This document shows, piece by piece, positions 42,287 to 52,891 of a DNA stretch of 64,000 bases; positions within the stretch are counted from its first letter, which is position 1; the number at the start of each line of letters is the position of its first letter. Location of the stretch: assembly GCA_964560355.1 (NCBI GenBank), contig CAZLLI010000003.1, forward strand, positions 2,711-66,710, read 5' to 3'. Both the position numbers and the translations under genes were made by a program. The notes under the pieces were generated by a model, which saw only the letters and a program-made list of their open reading frames with translations, had not been told where the DNA came from and ran no database searches. This DNA is from an uncultured bacterium (lineage in GTDB: Bacteria; Krumholzibacteriota; Krumholzibacteriia; WVZY01; JAKEHA01).

Positions 42287-42790
42287 CTAGGAACTCATCC
42301 GCCGCAAGTCTTCCAGCGCCTGCTCGTGCGCTTTGAAGGCGATGCCGTTCGGCGTCTTGTCGAGCGGAAAGAAGCGGGCGTCGGTGGCGTCGTCGCCCGC
42401 GCGCAGCTCGCCGCCTACGCGGCGCGCGCGGTATAAGAGCAGCACGACGCGCACGCGCGGGTCGTCCATCGCCATGTAAGCGCCGAACAATCCCTCCAAT
42501 TCCACGTCGAGGTTGGTTTCTTCCTTGGTCTCGCGAATCGCGCAGTCGGCGACGTGCTCGTCGTACTCGACGAAGCCCGCCGGGAGCGTCCACATGCCGA
42601 TGCGCGGCTCGAATTTGCGCTGCACGAGCAGCACGCGCCCGGCTTCGACCAGCACCACGCCCGCGGCGGGCGCGGGGTTGCGGTAGGCGACGAAGCCGCA
42701 GCGGTCGCACACCGCGCGCACGCGGTCGTCGACCTTGCGCGGCGTCATGGGTCCGCCGCAGCGCGCACAAAAGCGGGCGTCGTCGCTCAT
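42287..42790 (-). CDS. NUDIX hydrolase with an N-terminal zinc-ribbon (NudC-like)
   Basis: CxxC…CxxC (CARCGG…CDRCG), then Nudix box …GFVEYDEHVADCAIRETKEETNL… Trimmed to the ATG at 42790. Confidence 0.7.
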   Translation of the reverse strand: MSDDARFCARCGGPMTPRKVDDRVRAVCDRCGFVAYRNPAPAAGVVLVEAGRVLLVQRKFEPRIGMWTLPAGFVEYDEHVADCAIRETKEETNLDVELEGLFGAYMAMDDPRVRVVLLLYRARRVGGELRAGDDATDARFFPLDKTPNGIAFKAHEQALEDLRRMSS

Positions 42791-44070
42791 CCCTGCTTGG
42801 CCCGCAGCGTCTCGCGGTTGCGCCACGCGGTCTCGATCTCGGCGAGCGGAATCCCGTACACCTTGTTGGTGGCGAGCGCGACGGCATCGTACGAGTTCAT
42901 GCCGTTGATGGCCGCGTAGTAGTCCATCAGCTTCTGGGTCCCGAAGCGGTCGACCAGGAAGCCGATGAACGACGCCGCGCACGGCATCGAGATTTGGGGC
43001 TCGAGCGACATGAACAAGTTGTAGTCGAGCAGGTTGCGAAGCGGCGGAAACGCGTTCGCCTTGATCAGCTTGCGCATGGCGTCTTCCACCGGCACGCCGT
43101 CGATGTCGTCTTGCAGCCAGAACACGGTGCCCTCGGCGAGCGCGCGCGGCGGCCGCCCGATGGGGTCGGTCATGAAGTGGATGATCTCGTGGTTGTCGTT
43201 GGCGTTGATCGAGTGGAACTCGCGGTCGTCCCAGCTCACGTACTGGTAGCCCTTCAAGCTCAGCATCTTCTTGATGGTGGTGGTGTCGGGATAGAAATAG
43301 TAGTTCACCACGACGTCGCTGGTGATGCCGAGCTTCTTCGCGAAATAGTCGAACAGCTGCTGCTGCGAGGCCTGCGAACCCTCCGGCATGGGATGGCCGG
43401 GCAGCCAGTGGAACACGAAGTTCTTGGTGGTGGCGGTATCCCAATCGACCGGCTCCGGAACTTCGAGCGAGACGTGGTCGAACCACGCCTGCCCCGTCAT
43501 GCCGAGCACGCACGAAACTTTGACGAAGCGCGTGCCGCGCGGGAGGCGGAAGGTGACGTTCTCTTCGCCCCACAGGCGCGACCCCACCACCGGGCGCGTG
43601 CGCTTGTCGGACACGCGCATTTCCTGGAAGCGGTGGTGATCCTGGTCGAAGAACGTCAATAGGAAGTTGCAGTGCGCGAACTGGTCGGGCGTCGACATGT
43701 CGACGTTGTCGGCCTGGATCCACCCGCGCAGGCGCACGTGGGTGGCGTCCTTGACCTCGATTTCTTGTGACAGACGGAAGAAGCGCTTGGTGTTGGGGTC
43801 GGCTTGGAAAAACCACGAGCGCTCGCCGTCTTCCTTCACTTGCTCGTCGACGCCGTAGCGCGCGGCGAAGGCGTCTTCGGGGCCGCGGAAGTTCTCGATC
43901 GACCAGCCGCGCGGAACGCCGTCGCGACCCATTTCTTCGAACGACCCGTTGACGAGCAGGTTGGTGTCGTAGCGGGCTTTCTTTTCTCCGCACGACGACA
44001 GCATCGACGCCGTCGCCAGCACCACCACCGCCGCGAATCCGAAACCGCGCACCCTCATGCGTCTCCTCAT
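42787..44070 (-). CDS. Lipoprotein with an HExxH (zincin-like) motif, hypothetical
   Basis: Start MRRRMRVRGFGFAAVVVLATASMLSSC (lipobox LSSC); HEIIH motif in …NANDNHEIIHFMTD…; an alternative ATG at 44058. Confidence 0.5.
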   Translation of the reverse strand: MRRRMRVRGFGFAAVVVLATASMLSSCGEKKARYDTNLLVNGSFEEMGRDGVPRGWSIENFRGPEDAFAARYGVDEQVKEDGERSWFFQADPNTKRFFRLSQEIEVKDATHVRLRGWIQADNVDMSTPDQFAHCNFLLTFFDQDHHRFQEMRVSDKRTRPVVGSRLWGEENVTFRLPRGTRFVKVSCVLGMTGQAWFDHVSLEVPEPVDWDTATTKNFVFHWLPGHPMPEGSQASQQQLFDYFAKKLGITSDVVVNYYFYPDTTTIKKMLSLKGYQYVSWDDREFHSINANDNHEIIHFMTDPIGRPPRALAEGTVFWLQDDIDGVPVEDAMRKLIKANAFPPLRNLLDYNLFMSLEPQISMPCAASFIGFLVDRFGTQKLMDYYAAINGMNSYDAVALATNKVYGIPLAEIETAWRNRETLRAKQG

Positions 44071-44825
44071 TTCTTCGCCGTCTCCTCCGACCACTCGTCG
44101 AGCCGGTACTCCATGAGATTCTGTTCCACTTTGACGATGCGCTTCTTGGCGTCGACATAGAGCGTCGCCGGACCCAAGCGCTCGCGCTCCGCCTTGTACA
44201 CCGTCACCTTGGTCTTCTTGCCCAGCACCGGGATGGTGGTTTCGCCGGCGACGTACATTTCGCCCGTGTCGATCGCGCCCGACGACGGGTCGAGCCACTG
44301 GATGCGCTGGCGCCCGTCGTTCTTGGGGTCCATCCAAAATAGAATCTGGTACCACGGATACACCATGCCGACTTCCTGGATGGCGACGCCGGCGGGCACC
44401 ACGACGCGCCGCACGTCCTTGGAACCGCGCAGCTCGCTCCCCAGCACCGCCACGTTGGCGTACATGTCGGCGGTGATGGTGTGCTCGATGACGTCGTCCG
44501 ACTGGGTGATGGTCTTCTCGGCGCGGTACGAGCGCGGGAAGTACGACTCCTCTTCGAGCACCAGCGCGCTCTTGACCGTCATGGTGACGGCGGGGTTGAT
44601 GACCTGGTTCTCCGCCTCGAAGCGAATCGTATTGTCGTCGAAGGTGCGGCGCGTCGTCGACTCGTGCCCGACGTCCTGGCCTTCCTGCACCATGGTGTAT
44701 TTCGCGCGCGCGGTGGCGATCACCTTCGCTTCTTTGCTCGCGTGCATGGGCGGCGCGGCGAACGCCGGCGCCGCCGCGAGCAGGAGGACGGCCGCGTACG
44801 CGCTACGAGAGGTGTTCGGCGACAT
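44067..44825 (-). CDS. Secreted hypothetical protein
   Basis: Signal peptide MSPNTSRSAYAAVLLLAAAPAFA; no family recognised. Confidence 0.45.
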   Translation of the reverse strand: MSPNTSRSAYAAVLLLAAAPAFAAPPMHASKEAKVIATARAKYTMVQEGQDVGHESTTRRTFDDNTIRFEAENQVINPAVTMTVKSALVLEEESYFPRSYRAEKTITQSDDVIEHTITADMYANVAVLGSELRGSKDVRRVVVPAGVAIQEVGMVYPWYQILFWMDPKNDGRQRIQWLDPSSGAIDTGEMYVAGETTIPVLGKKTKVTVYKAERERLGPATLYVDAKKRIVKVEQNLMEYRLDEWSEETAKK

Positions 44826-45999
44826 AGGTTTGCATCCTGGCCAACAATTCGTCGACGCGCGCGCCGTTCTCGAGCTTGAGTTGCGCGAAGCCGCCCTTGC
44901 CGCCGCCCGATCCCCCCAGCTCGCGCGCCAGCGCGGACGCGGTGGTGGCGAGGTCGAGGGTGACGTCCTTCGCGGTCGCGCACACCACGGTCCCGTCGTC
45001 GGCGCCCAAGAGCGCGATCGTCCCCGGCTCCGACTGCAGTTCGGTCGCGAGCGCGCGCACCAGCGCGGCGTCGGCGTCGCGGTGCACGACGATGCGGCGC
45101 GACCCGACCGCGGTCGCGCGGGCGAGGATCGACGCCTTGTGCGCCTCCGCGAGCCGCTGCACCAGCTGCTTGGCGCGCTTCGCGGAGGCTTGCGACTCTT
45201 CGCTCAATCGTTCCACCTTGTGCAACAAATCTCCCGACGACGTGGTCAGTCGATTTGCGAGCGTTTGCACGATGCCGTGCTTCTCGCGATAGTCGTCGAG
45301 CGCGCGACTCCCCACCTTGAAATGGACGCGGTGGAAGTTTTTCACGCGTTCCGCGCGCAGCACCTTCACCAGCGCGAGCTCGCCGGTGGTGCGCACGTGG
45401 GTGCCGCAGCACGGGATGGAGTCGAAATCACTCACCGAGACGATGCGCGCGATGGTGACGCCTTCCGGCACCTTGCGACGCAGCTCGGCCTGGTCCAATT
45501 CCGCGACCGGGACCAGCCGCACCGCGATGGGCCGGTTCTCCGCGATCACGCGGTTGGCGAGGTCTTCGGCGCGGCGCGCGGCCGCGTCGTCGAAGCCGGA
45601 GCCGTCGAGGTCGATGGTGCAGGTGTCGTCGCCCATGTGGAACGACACCGTCGGCAGCCCCGCCGTCTCGATGAACGCGCGCGACAGTACGTGCTGTCCG
45701 GTGTGCTGCTGCATGTGGTCGAAGCGCAGCGGCCAGTCGATCGCGCCCGCCACCTTGCCGCTTTTCGCGATGTCGCCCGTCACCGTGTGCACGACCGACT
45801 CGTCGTCGCCCTCGGCGACGTTGGTGACGCGCGCCGCGCCCAGCGTGCCGCCGTCGCACAGCTGTCCCCCCGACTCGGGATAGAACAGCGTGCGGTCGAG
45901 CACGACTTCGTGCGCGCCGGAATCGAGCGCGCGCGACGCGACCACCGTGGCCTCGAACGCCGTCTGGTAGGGCTCCTCGAGATACAGCTTCTGCGTCAT
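44803..45999 (-). CDS. AlaX-L-type alanyl-tRNA editing protein (tRNA_SAD + DHHA1-like)
   Basis: …HTGQHVLSRA…; CCGTH zinc-binding motif of the AlaRS editing domain. Confidence 0.75.
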   Translation of the reverse strand: MTQKLYLEEPYQTAFEATVVASRALDSGAHEVVLDRTLFYPESGGQLCDGGTLGAARVTNVAEGDDESVVHTVTGDIAKSGKVAGAIDWPLRFDHMQQHTGQHVLSRAFIETAGLPTVSFHMGDDTCTIDLDGSGFDDAAARRAEDLANRVIAENRPIAVRLVPVAELDQAELRRKVPEGVTIARIVSVSDFDSIPCCGTHVRTTGELALVKVLRAERVKNFHRVHFKVGSRALDDYREKHGIVQTLANRLTTSSGDLLHKVERLSEESQASAKRAKQLVQRLAEAHKASILARATAVGSRRIVVHRDADAALVRALATELQSEPGTIALLGADDGTVVCATAKDVTLDLATTASALARELGGSGGGKGGFAQLKLENGARVDELLARMQTYVAEHLS

Positions 46000-46048
46000 G
46001 ACACGGTGTGCGAACGGATGCGGCGGAGCGATCGGTCGGGGCGTCGCG

Positions 46049-46414
46049 TCAGGCGGCGAACGACCGGCGAATCACGCGATTCTCGTCGTCGAGCTGGACG
46101 ATCTTGGGGGCGTGCGTGCGCGCCTCCGCCTCCGTGTAGGTGGCGAAGGAAAAGATGATCACGCGGTCGCCGATGTGACCCAAGCGCGCGGTGGCGCCGT
46201 TCAATTCGATGCGGCCCGAGCGCGCGGGCGCCGGGATCGCGTAGGTCTCGAAGCGATCGCCGGTGTTCATGTTGGCGACGAGCACTTTCTCCCACCGCGT
46301 GAGCCCGACTTCTTCCATGAGGGCGGAGTCGATGACGATGCTGCCCTCGTAGTGCATGTCGATGCCGGTGACGGTGGCCTGGTGGATCTTCGATTTCAGG
46401 AGTAGGAGTTCCAT
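46049..46414 (-). CDS. panD: Aspartate 1-decarboxylase
   Basis: MELLLLKSKIHQATVTGIDMHYEGSIVID… (pyruvoyl-forming G-S site). Confidence 0.9.
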   Translation of the reverse strand: MELLLLKSKIHQATVTGIDMHYEGSIVIDSALMEEVGLTRWEKVLVANMNTGDRFETYAIPAPARSGRIELNGATARLGHIGDRVIIFSFATYTEAEARTHAPKIVQLDDENRVIRRSFAA

Positions 46415-46499
46415 CGCGGTCTATCATAACCCGCGCCGGGGCCCGGCACAAGGGAGCGCTGCCGCCGCGCGAGGAACCGCGCGCAAGCGCCGCCCTCGC

Positions 46500-48047
46500 C
46501 TATTCCATCGCGCGCCGCGCGAGCCAGAATGCAACCCCGAGCAGCGCGAGCGACCCCACCACGAGCGGCGTGTCGCCGTGGCGCGCATAGAAGGTTTGCC
46601 CCGATAGCAGCGCGACGTCGGCCATCAGGATTCCTTCCTTATAGAGGTCGAGCGACTGCACGACTTCCCCGGTCGGCGCCACCACCATCGACACGCCGCT
46701 GTTGGCGCTGCGCACCAGCCAGCGCCGAAACTCGACCGCGCGCGCGATCGCCATCTGCGCGTGCTGGTAGGGACCGGGCGTGTCGCCGAACCAACCGTCG
46801 TTGGTGACGTTGACGAACAGCTGCGAGCCTTCGCGCACGCCGTCGCGGCACAAGTCGGGGAAGACCGATTCGAAGCAGATGAGCGGCGTGAAGCGAACGC
46901 CGTCGGCGGAGAGTGGCGCGCGCTTCGGACCCGGCTGGAAGTTGGCCTGGCCGAAGTCGATCTTGCGAATCCACCGGTAGCGCGACCCCAGCGGGAGCGC
47001 CTCGCCGAACGGAAGCAGGTGGCGCTTGTCGTACTTGTCGATCGACCCGTCGATGCGAAACAGCCCCGACGAGTTGTAAATGTTGATGTCCTTGTGCGGC
47101 CCGTCGAAGCGGTGGTCGAGAAATCCGATGAAGTACGGCACCCCGAGCGTGCGCGCGAGCTCGACCAGACGCGTGCGATAGATGGGGCCGTTCTCGATGA
47201 ACACCGGCGCCGCCGTCTCCGGGAAGACGACGAGCTGCGCGCCGCGGTCGCGCGCCTGCACCGCTTGCTTCTCGATCAAGACGAAGGTGGAGTCCTTGAA
47301 CTCGGGCTGCCACTTCACCGCGAGGTCGACGTTGGGCTGCGCGAGCGCGACCCGCAGCCTGGGCGCGCCCGCTTCGTTTTCGCGGTCGATGCGCGCGCCG
47401 CCGTACAGCCACATCGCGCCCGCCACCAGCCCCGCGCACAATCCGCACCACGCCTTCGCGCGCGGTCCGCGCGCGACGACGCTCCCCGCCGCGAGCGCGT
47501 TCACGAACACGATCGCGAACGACAAGCCGAACACGCCCCAAACGTCGGCGCTCTGCAGGAGCGCGGGCTGGTGCGAGAGCGAGTAGCCCATGAGCCCCCA
47601 CGGAAACGCCAGCTCGCCGCGACAACGCGCGACCTCGAACAGCGCCCACGTCGCGGGCGCGGCGAGTAGGAACGGGAGCAGGCGCCAGCGCGTGAGCGCG
47701 GCCAGCACGAGCAAGTGGAACGCGGGATACAGCGACAGGTACAGCACCAGCGCGATGAGCGCGGGCGTCATCAGCCACGGGATGGTGACGTCGGCCGACG
47801 GAACCAGCTTGACGATCCACCACAACATCGACACGAAGCACGCCGACCCCATCAGGAAGCCGGCGCGAAACGCGTCCTTGCGACCGGGCCGGTAGCGCAG
47901 CACCGCTGCGAACATGGGCGCGAGCGCGAGGAACGACACCGGCCCCAGCGACGTCACCGGGAAACACAGCGTGACCAGGAAGCCCGACGCGAGCGACGGG
48001 AGGACGAGCGGGAGCGGGGGCAAAACGCGAACGACGATCCGCTTCAA
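46500..48047 (-). CDS. lnt: Apolipoprotein N-acyltransferase
   Basis: N-terminal polytopic domain plus C-terminal CN-hydrolase domain (…LRVALAQPNVDLAVKW…). Confidence 0.85.
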   Translation of the reverse strand: MKRIVVRVLPPLPLVLPSLASGFLVTLCFPVTSLGPVSFLALAPMFAAVLRYRPGRKDAFRAGFLMGSACFVSMLWWIVKLVPSADVTIPWLMTPALIALVLYLSLYPAFHLLVLAALTRWRLLPFLLAAPATWALFEVARCRGELAFPWGLMGYSLSHQPALLQSADVWGVFGLSFAIVFVNALAAGSVVARGPRAKAWCGLCAGLVAGAMWLYGGARIDRENEAGAPRLRVALAQPNVDLAVKWQPEFKDSTFVLIEKQAVQARDRGAQLVVFPETAAPVFIENGPIYRTRLVELARTLGVPYFIGFLDHRFDGPHKDINIYNSSGLFRIDGSIDKYDKRHLLPFGEALPLGSRYRWIRKIDFGQANFQPGPKRAPLSADGVRFTPLICFESVFPDLCRDGVREGSQLFVNVTNDGWFGDTPGPYQHAQMAIARAVEFRRWLVRSANSGVSMVVAPTGEVVQSLDLYKEGILMADVALLSGQTFYARHGDTPLVVGSLALLGVAFWLARRAME

Positions 48048-48056
48048 GGGCGCAAC

Positions 48057-49079
48057 CTAGCCGAGCTCGACTTCGCGGCCGCTCGTCGCCGACTCGTACA
48101 TCGCGTCGACGATGCGCATCACGCCGACCGCGTCCTTGCCCGACGCGAGCGGCGTGCGCTGCTTGCGCACGCACTGGATGAAGTGGTCGATCTCGGCCTG
48201 GTAGCTTTCCTTGTAGAAGTTCTTCTGCTTGCCGGGCGCGGGCGTCACGTTGACGAGGACGCCCTGGATCGACTTGTGGAGCTGGAGCGGTGTCAGCACG
48301 CCGGCGCCCTTGCTGCCGTAGACTTGCAGGTACACCACGTCGCGCGGGTCGCGGAGGTTCCAATTGACCTCGAGCATCAGGCACGCGCCGCCCGCGTAGC
48401 GCACCAGCGCGCACGCGGAATCTTCGACGCCGTCCTTGCCCTTCTTGCCGAACACGCTGCACGACACGCCGGTGGTGCGTTTCAAGCCCGAGATCCACAT
48501 CGCAAGGTCGACGAGCGGCGTGCCCAGGTCGAGGAGCGCGCCGCCCCCCGCCTTGCCGCGCTCGGTGAACCACGAGCGGTCCTTCCAGTCGGTCGCGCGG
48601 CGCAGCCAGCCCGCCTTCACCACGTGCACGTCGCCGAGCTCGCTCGCCGAGATGAACTTCTGCATCATCTGCGCGTCCTCGCGGAAGCGATTGTTCATCG
48701 CCACCATGAGGATGCGCCCGTGCTCGTCGGCGGTGTCGACCATCTTCTGCGCTTCGGTCGCGTTGCGCGCGAGCGGCTTCTCGCACAAGACGTCGCGGCC
48801 CGAGCGCAGCGCGGCGATCGCCATGGGCGCGTGCAGGTAGTTGGGCGTGCAGATGTCGATGGCGTCGACGTCCGCCTTCTTCAGCATCTCGGAGAAGTCT
48901 TCGTACCAGGTCTTGAAGCCGGCTTGCTCTTTGATGCGGCGCGCCTTGACCGGGTCTTCGTCGACCACGGCGACGAGCTCGACGTCGGGATTCGCGCGGT
49001 AGGCGGGAATGTGGGCGACTTGGGCGACGTGTCCGGCGCCCACGATCGCGATGCGGGTTCTGTCAGCCATCGCGGGCAT
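48057..49079 (-). CDS. Gfo/Idh/MocA-family NAD(P)-dependent oxidoreductase
   Basis: …IAIVGAGHVAQVAHIPAY… Rossmann motif. Confidence 0.8.
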   Translation of the reverse strand: MPAMADRTRIAIVGAGHVAQVAHIPAYRANPDVELVAVVDEDPVKARRIKEQAGFKTWYEDFSEMLKKADVDAIDICTPNYLHAPMAIAALRSGRDVLCEKPLARNATEAQKMVDTADEHGRILMVAMNNRFREDAQMMQKFISASELGDVHVVKAGWLRRATDWKDRSWFTERGKAGGGALLDLGTPLVDLAMWISGLKRTTGVSCSVFGKKGKDGVEDSACALVRYAGGACLMLEVNWNLRDPRDVVYLQVYGSKGAGVLTPLQLHKSIQGVLVNVTPAPGKQKNFYKESYQAEIDHFIQCVRKQRTPLASGKDAVGVMRIVDAMYESATSGREVELG

Positions 49080-49103
49080 GGTAGCGCAGGACGCGCGGAG
49101 TTG

Positions 49104-50129
<1,026 letters not shown>

Positions 50130-50324
50130 GGATCGCGTCGCGACGCCAACTTCTCACACGCGACCGACTTCGCGCGACGAACGCGCGCTCGCGCGCGCAC
50201 AACGTCGTCGCGGGTGCTGCGCACGCGCGCGACGCGCGGCGCGTGGCTAGCGCGCGACCGCGTCGATGCTTGCGTGAGTGGTACGGGAGAAGAAGGGCTG
50301 TCGGCGATTCGACAGCGCGTCGCG

Positions 50325-50933
50325 TCAACGGTGCGGGGCTTCGTCGACCACGCCGTAGCCGGTCGCCGTCAACGGCGTGGACTTCGGCGGGCGCGTGGGC
50401 GAATCGGTGTCGAAGGGCTCGCCCACGAACCACACGCGCGCACCGGCATAGTCGGTGAGCACACCCGCGAGCTGGCCGCGAATCCAGTAGCGCTTGCCGT
50501 CGTCGGTGGTGACGACGCACTCGCCGCCTTCGAGCGACACCACGCCCACCATCGGCACTTTGCCGTCGGCCATGGGGAGGAGCTCGTAGCGAACCACGGA
50601 GAGGCGCGGGAGATTGCGGTCGACGAAGGGGAGCACGTCGCCCTCGACCGCGCAGCGCATGCTCGCGAGCGCGCGCAGTTGCGACAAGAGCGCGGGCGAC
50701 TTGGCGTCGAGCGCCACCGTTTCGGTGCTGTCGATCTCGAGCACGGGGGTGGTGATGGGCGTGCTGCCGCGCAGCGACAGCGTTCCTTCGACGCGCACGC
50801 GCTTGCCCGCGTCGACGCCTTCCAGCGTGTCGACCGCGCGCGCGCGCTTCCCCCCGCACCCCGGCGTGGCGGCCAGCGCGATCATCGCGAACGCGCTCGC
50901 GGCCACGCCGGCGGTGCGCACGCCCGCGCGCAT
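50325..50933 (-). CDS. Hypothetical lipoprotein
   Basis: Signal + lipobox-like …MIALAATPGC…; directly downstream of 50934..52724. Confidence 0.45.
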   Translation of the reverse strand: MRAGVRTAGVAASAFAMIALAATPGCGGKRARAVDTLEGVDAGKRVRVEGTLSLRGSTPITTPVLEIDSTETVALDAKSPALLSQLRALASMRCAVEGDVLPFVDRNLPRLSVVRYELLPMADGKVPMVGVVSLEGGECVVTTDDGKRYWIRGQLAGVLTDYAGARVWFVGEPFDTDSPTRPPKSTPLTATGYGVVDEAPHR

Positions 50934-52724
50934 CTACTGCACCCGCATGATCGCGTTGCGAATGCGCCCGCCGGTCGGCGCGATCTCGAAGAACGTGAGC
51001 CGCGTGTCCTGGCCGAGCACCCCGTCGTAGCGGAGCAGGTCGCCCGAGGAGCGGCGCACGTTGCCGGCGGCGTCGGCTCCGATGAGTTGGAGCGGCGCCG
51101 CCACGGTGCCGTAGTCGGCCAGGTTGATCGACGTGTAGTTGAAGCGCGGGTCGGCGGTGATGCCCTTCCCGCTCACGTACAACGCGGCCAGGAATTCGGG
51201 CAGCAAGTCGTAGAAGTTGCGGCCGGTGACGTTCTGGACGCACGCGCGCCCGGTGCAACGGCTTTGCACGATCTCCTTCAAGATGTCGGTGCCGTAGCGA
51301 TCCGCCATCAAGCGCAAGAACAGATAGATGCCGCCGCGCTGGTCGAGCGGTGCAAACTGGTCTTCGAGCGAAACGCCGCCGGGATCCTGCATGTAGATGT
51401 CGGCGCGATCGATATTGGCGTCGTGGCGATCGTTCAAGTCTTCCGCCATGTGCGCCATGCCTTCTTCGAGCCAGGTTTCTTGCGTCACGCCGCCCTCGTT
51501 GAAGATGCGGTGCGAGAAGCTGATCATGTGCTCGTGCTCGTGCGCAATGGTGCCGATGTTCTCGTCGGCGGTGAACGCGACCGGGAACGGATTGCCCCAG
51601 ATGGCGGTCGGGTCGGAGGCGAGCACGTAGAAGATCTCGGCGTGGTTGGTCGTCCCCGACGGCACTTGTCCGGCGGCGTACAGGTCGATCGACAGGAAGA
51701 ACCCCGCGATGAAGCCCCCGCTCCCCGGCGGCGTCATGCGATTGACGACCGGCGTGATGAGAATGATCACCTTGCCGTTGCCGTCGACGTCGGAGTAGCC
51801 GCCGAAGTAGTTCACGTTGGTGGCTTCGATCTGATTGTCGAAGGCCTGGCCGAATTGCACGAAATGGATCTGATCGAAATTGTTGGCCGGGTTCGCGAGC
51901 GTGTCGACGTCGGCGTAGACCAGGCACTTGGTGCCGGTGTAACGCAGGTCGGCGGTGACGCGCGTGAAGTTGGCAGGATTGGTGACGCTCCCGCTCGGCG
52001 TGTTGAGCACATAGAATTGACGGTACGGCGGCGCCTGCGCCTCCGCGCTCGCCTGGATCGGAGTCTTCTCGACCTTGGGCGCGCCGTAGCGTTCCACCAA
52101 CCCGCGCGCTTGTTCCCAGCGGTTCGCGTCGAACGTCTCCGCGATTCCCATGTACGACGCCCGCGCCGCGCGCCGCGTGGGGCCGCGGTCGGCCGACGCG
52201 GCCACGATGGTGTTGGCCGACGTGATCTCGTACGAGTAGTCGGTCGAGAACTGGGCGTTGGGATTGGTCCCGTGCGGGATCACGAGGTATTGCGCGATCG
52301 CGGTCGGAATTGGGAGCGAGAGCTCGTTCGCCGCGCCGGTGGCTCCATACACGAAGAAGTCGCCGATGCCGCGCGTCACCGTCACGTCGGGGCCGGTGCC
52401 GGTGCCGCCCGCGTTAGTGACCGTCATGGCGCCGTCGGTCGCGTCTTGATCGACGACGACTTCGAGCGTGGTGGTGTTGCCCGCGAACGGCGTCGACACA
52501 CCCAGCGGGTTCTTGAACCGAACTTGGTTGGTGTTTGCGGGCGTCGTGAAGTTGCGCCCGCTGATGATGAGCGTGTCACCCGGCGCGACCGTGGTCGCGC
52601 TCAACCCCGTGACGACGGGCGGGTCGGGCTGGGGCTCGGTGGTGCCGCCGTCGTCGCTGCTGCACGCGACGGCAAATAGGAATCCCGCGGCGAGCACGAG
52701 GCTCGCAAGCTCACGCAATTTCAT
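50934..52724 (-). CDS. Lipoprotein with an IPT/TIG domain and an HExxH zincin-like motif (putative secreted metalloprotease)
   Basis: Start MKLRELASLVLAAGFLFAVAC (ATG 52724, GGGGA SD); TIG-like …PPVVTGLSATTVAPGDTLIISGRNF…; HEHEH in …IAHEHEHMISFSHRIF…. Confidence 0.55.
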   Translation of the reverse strand: MKLRELASLVLAAGFLFAVACSSDDGGTTEPQPDPPVVTGLSATTVAPGDTLIISGRNFTTPANTNQVRFKNPLGVSTPFAGNTTTLEVVVDQDATDGAMTVTNAGGTGTGPDVTVTRGIGDFFVYGATGAANELSLPIPTAIAQYLVIPHGTNPNAQFSTDYSYEITSANTIVAASADRGPTRRAARASYMGIAETFDANRWEQARGLVERYGAPKVEKTPIQASAEAQAPPYRQFYVLNTPSGSVTNPANFTRVTADLRYTGTKCLVYADVDTLANPANNFDQIHFVQFGQAFDNQIEATNVNYFGGYSDVDGNGKVIILITPVVNRMTPPGSGGFIAGFFLSIDLYAAGQVPSGTTNHAEIFYVLASDPTAIWGNPFPVAFTADENIGTIAHEHEHMISFSHRIFNEGGVTQETWLEEGMAHMAEDLNDRHDANIDRADIYMQDPGGVSLEDQFAPLDQRGGIYLFLRLMADRYGTDILKEIVQSRCTGRACVQNVTGRNFYDLLPEFLAALYVSGKGITADPRFNYTSINLADYGTVAAPLQLIGADAAGNVRRSSGDLLRYDGVLGQDTRLTFFEIAPTGGRIRNAIMRVQ

Positions 52725-52891
52725 GTTGGTCCCCGTTGGGTTGGAATGCATTCGGTAAGCCGGCGGCGCGTGCCGGAATCGCACGCCGGTTGCCTAACGT
52801 TAATGCAATTCACCCCCTTACGGCAAGCCCGAACCCGGGCCGGCGGGCACGAGACTTGCACGACCGAGGCGCTTACTCCTCTTATACGCCG

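Noticed and set aside
42090-42887. 265-aa minus-strand ORF
   Set aside because: Arg-rich low-complexity translation overlapping the NUDIX and lipoprotein genes in another frame.
50293-50310. CTGTCG-gcgatt-CGACAG inverted repeat downstream of lipoprotein 50325..50933
   Set aside because: Short 6-bp stem in a CGCG-rich tract, insufficient to call a terminator.
52779-52793. Sigma-54-like motif TCGCACgccggTTGC upstream of the bEBP at 52892
   Set aside because: The nearly invariant -24 GG is replaced by CG. Listed only as a weak candidate.
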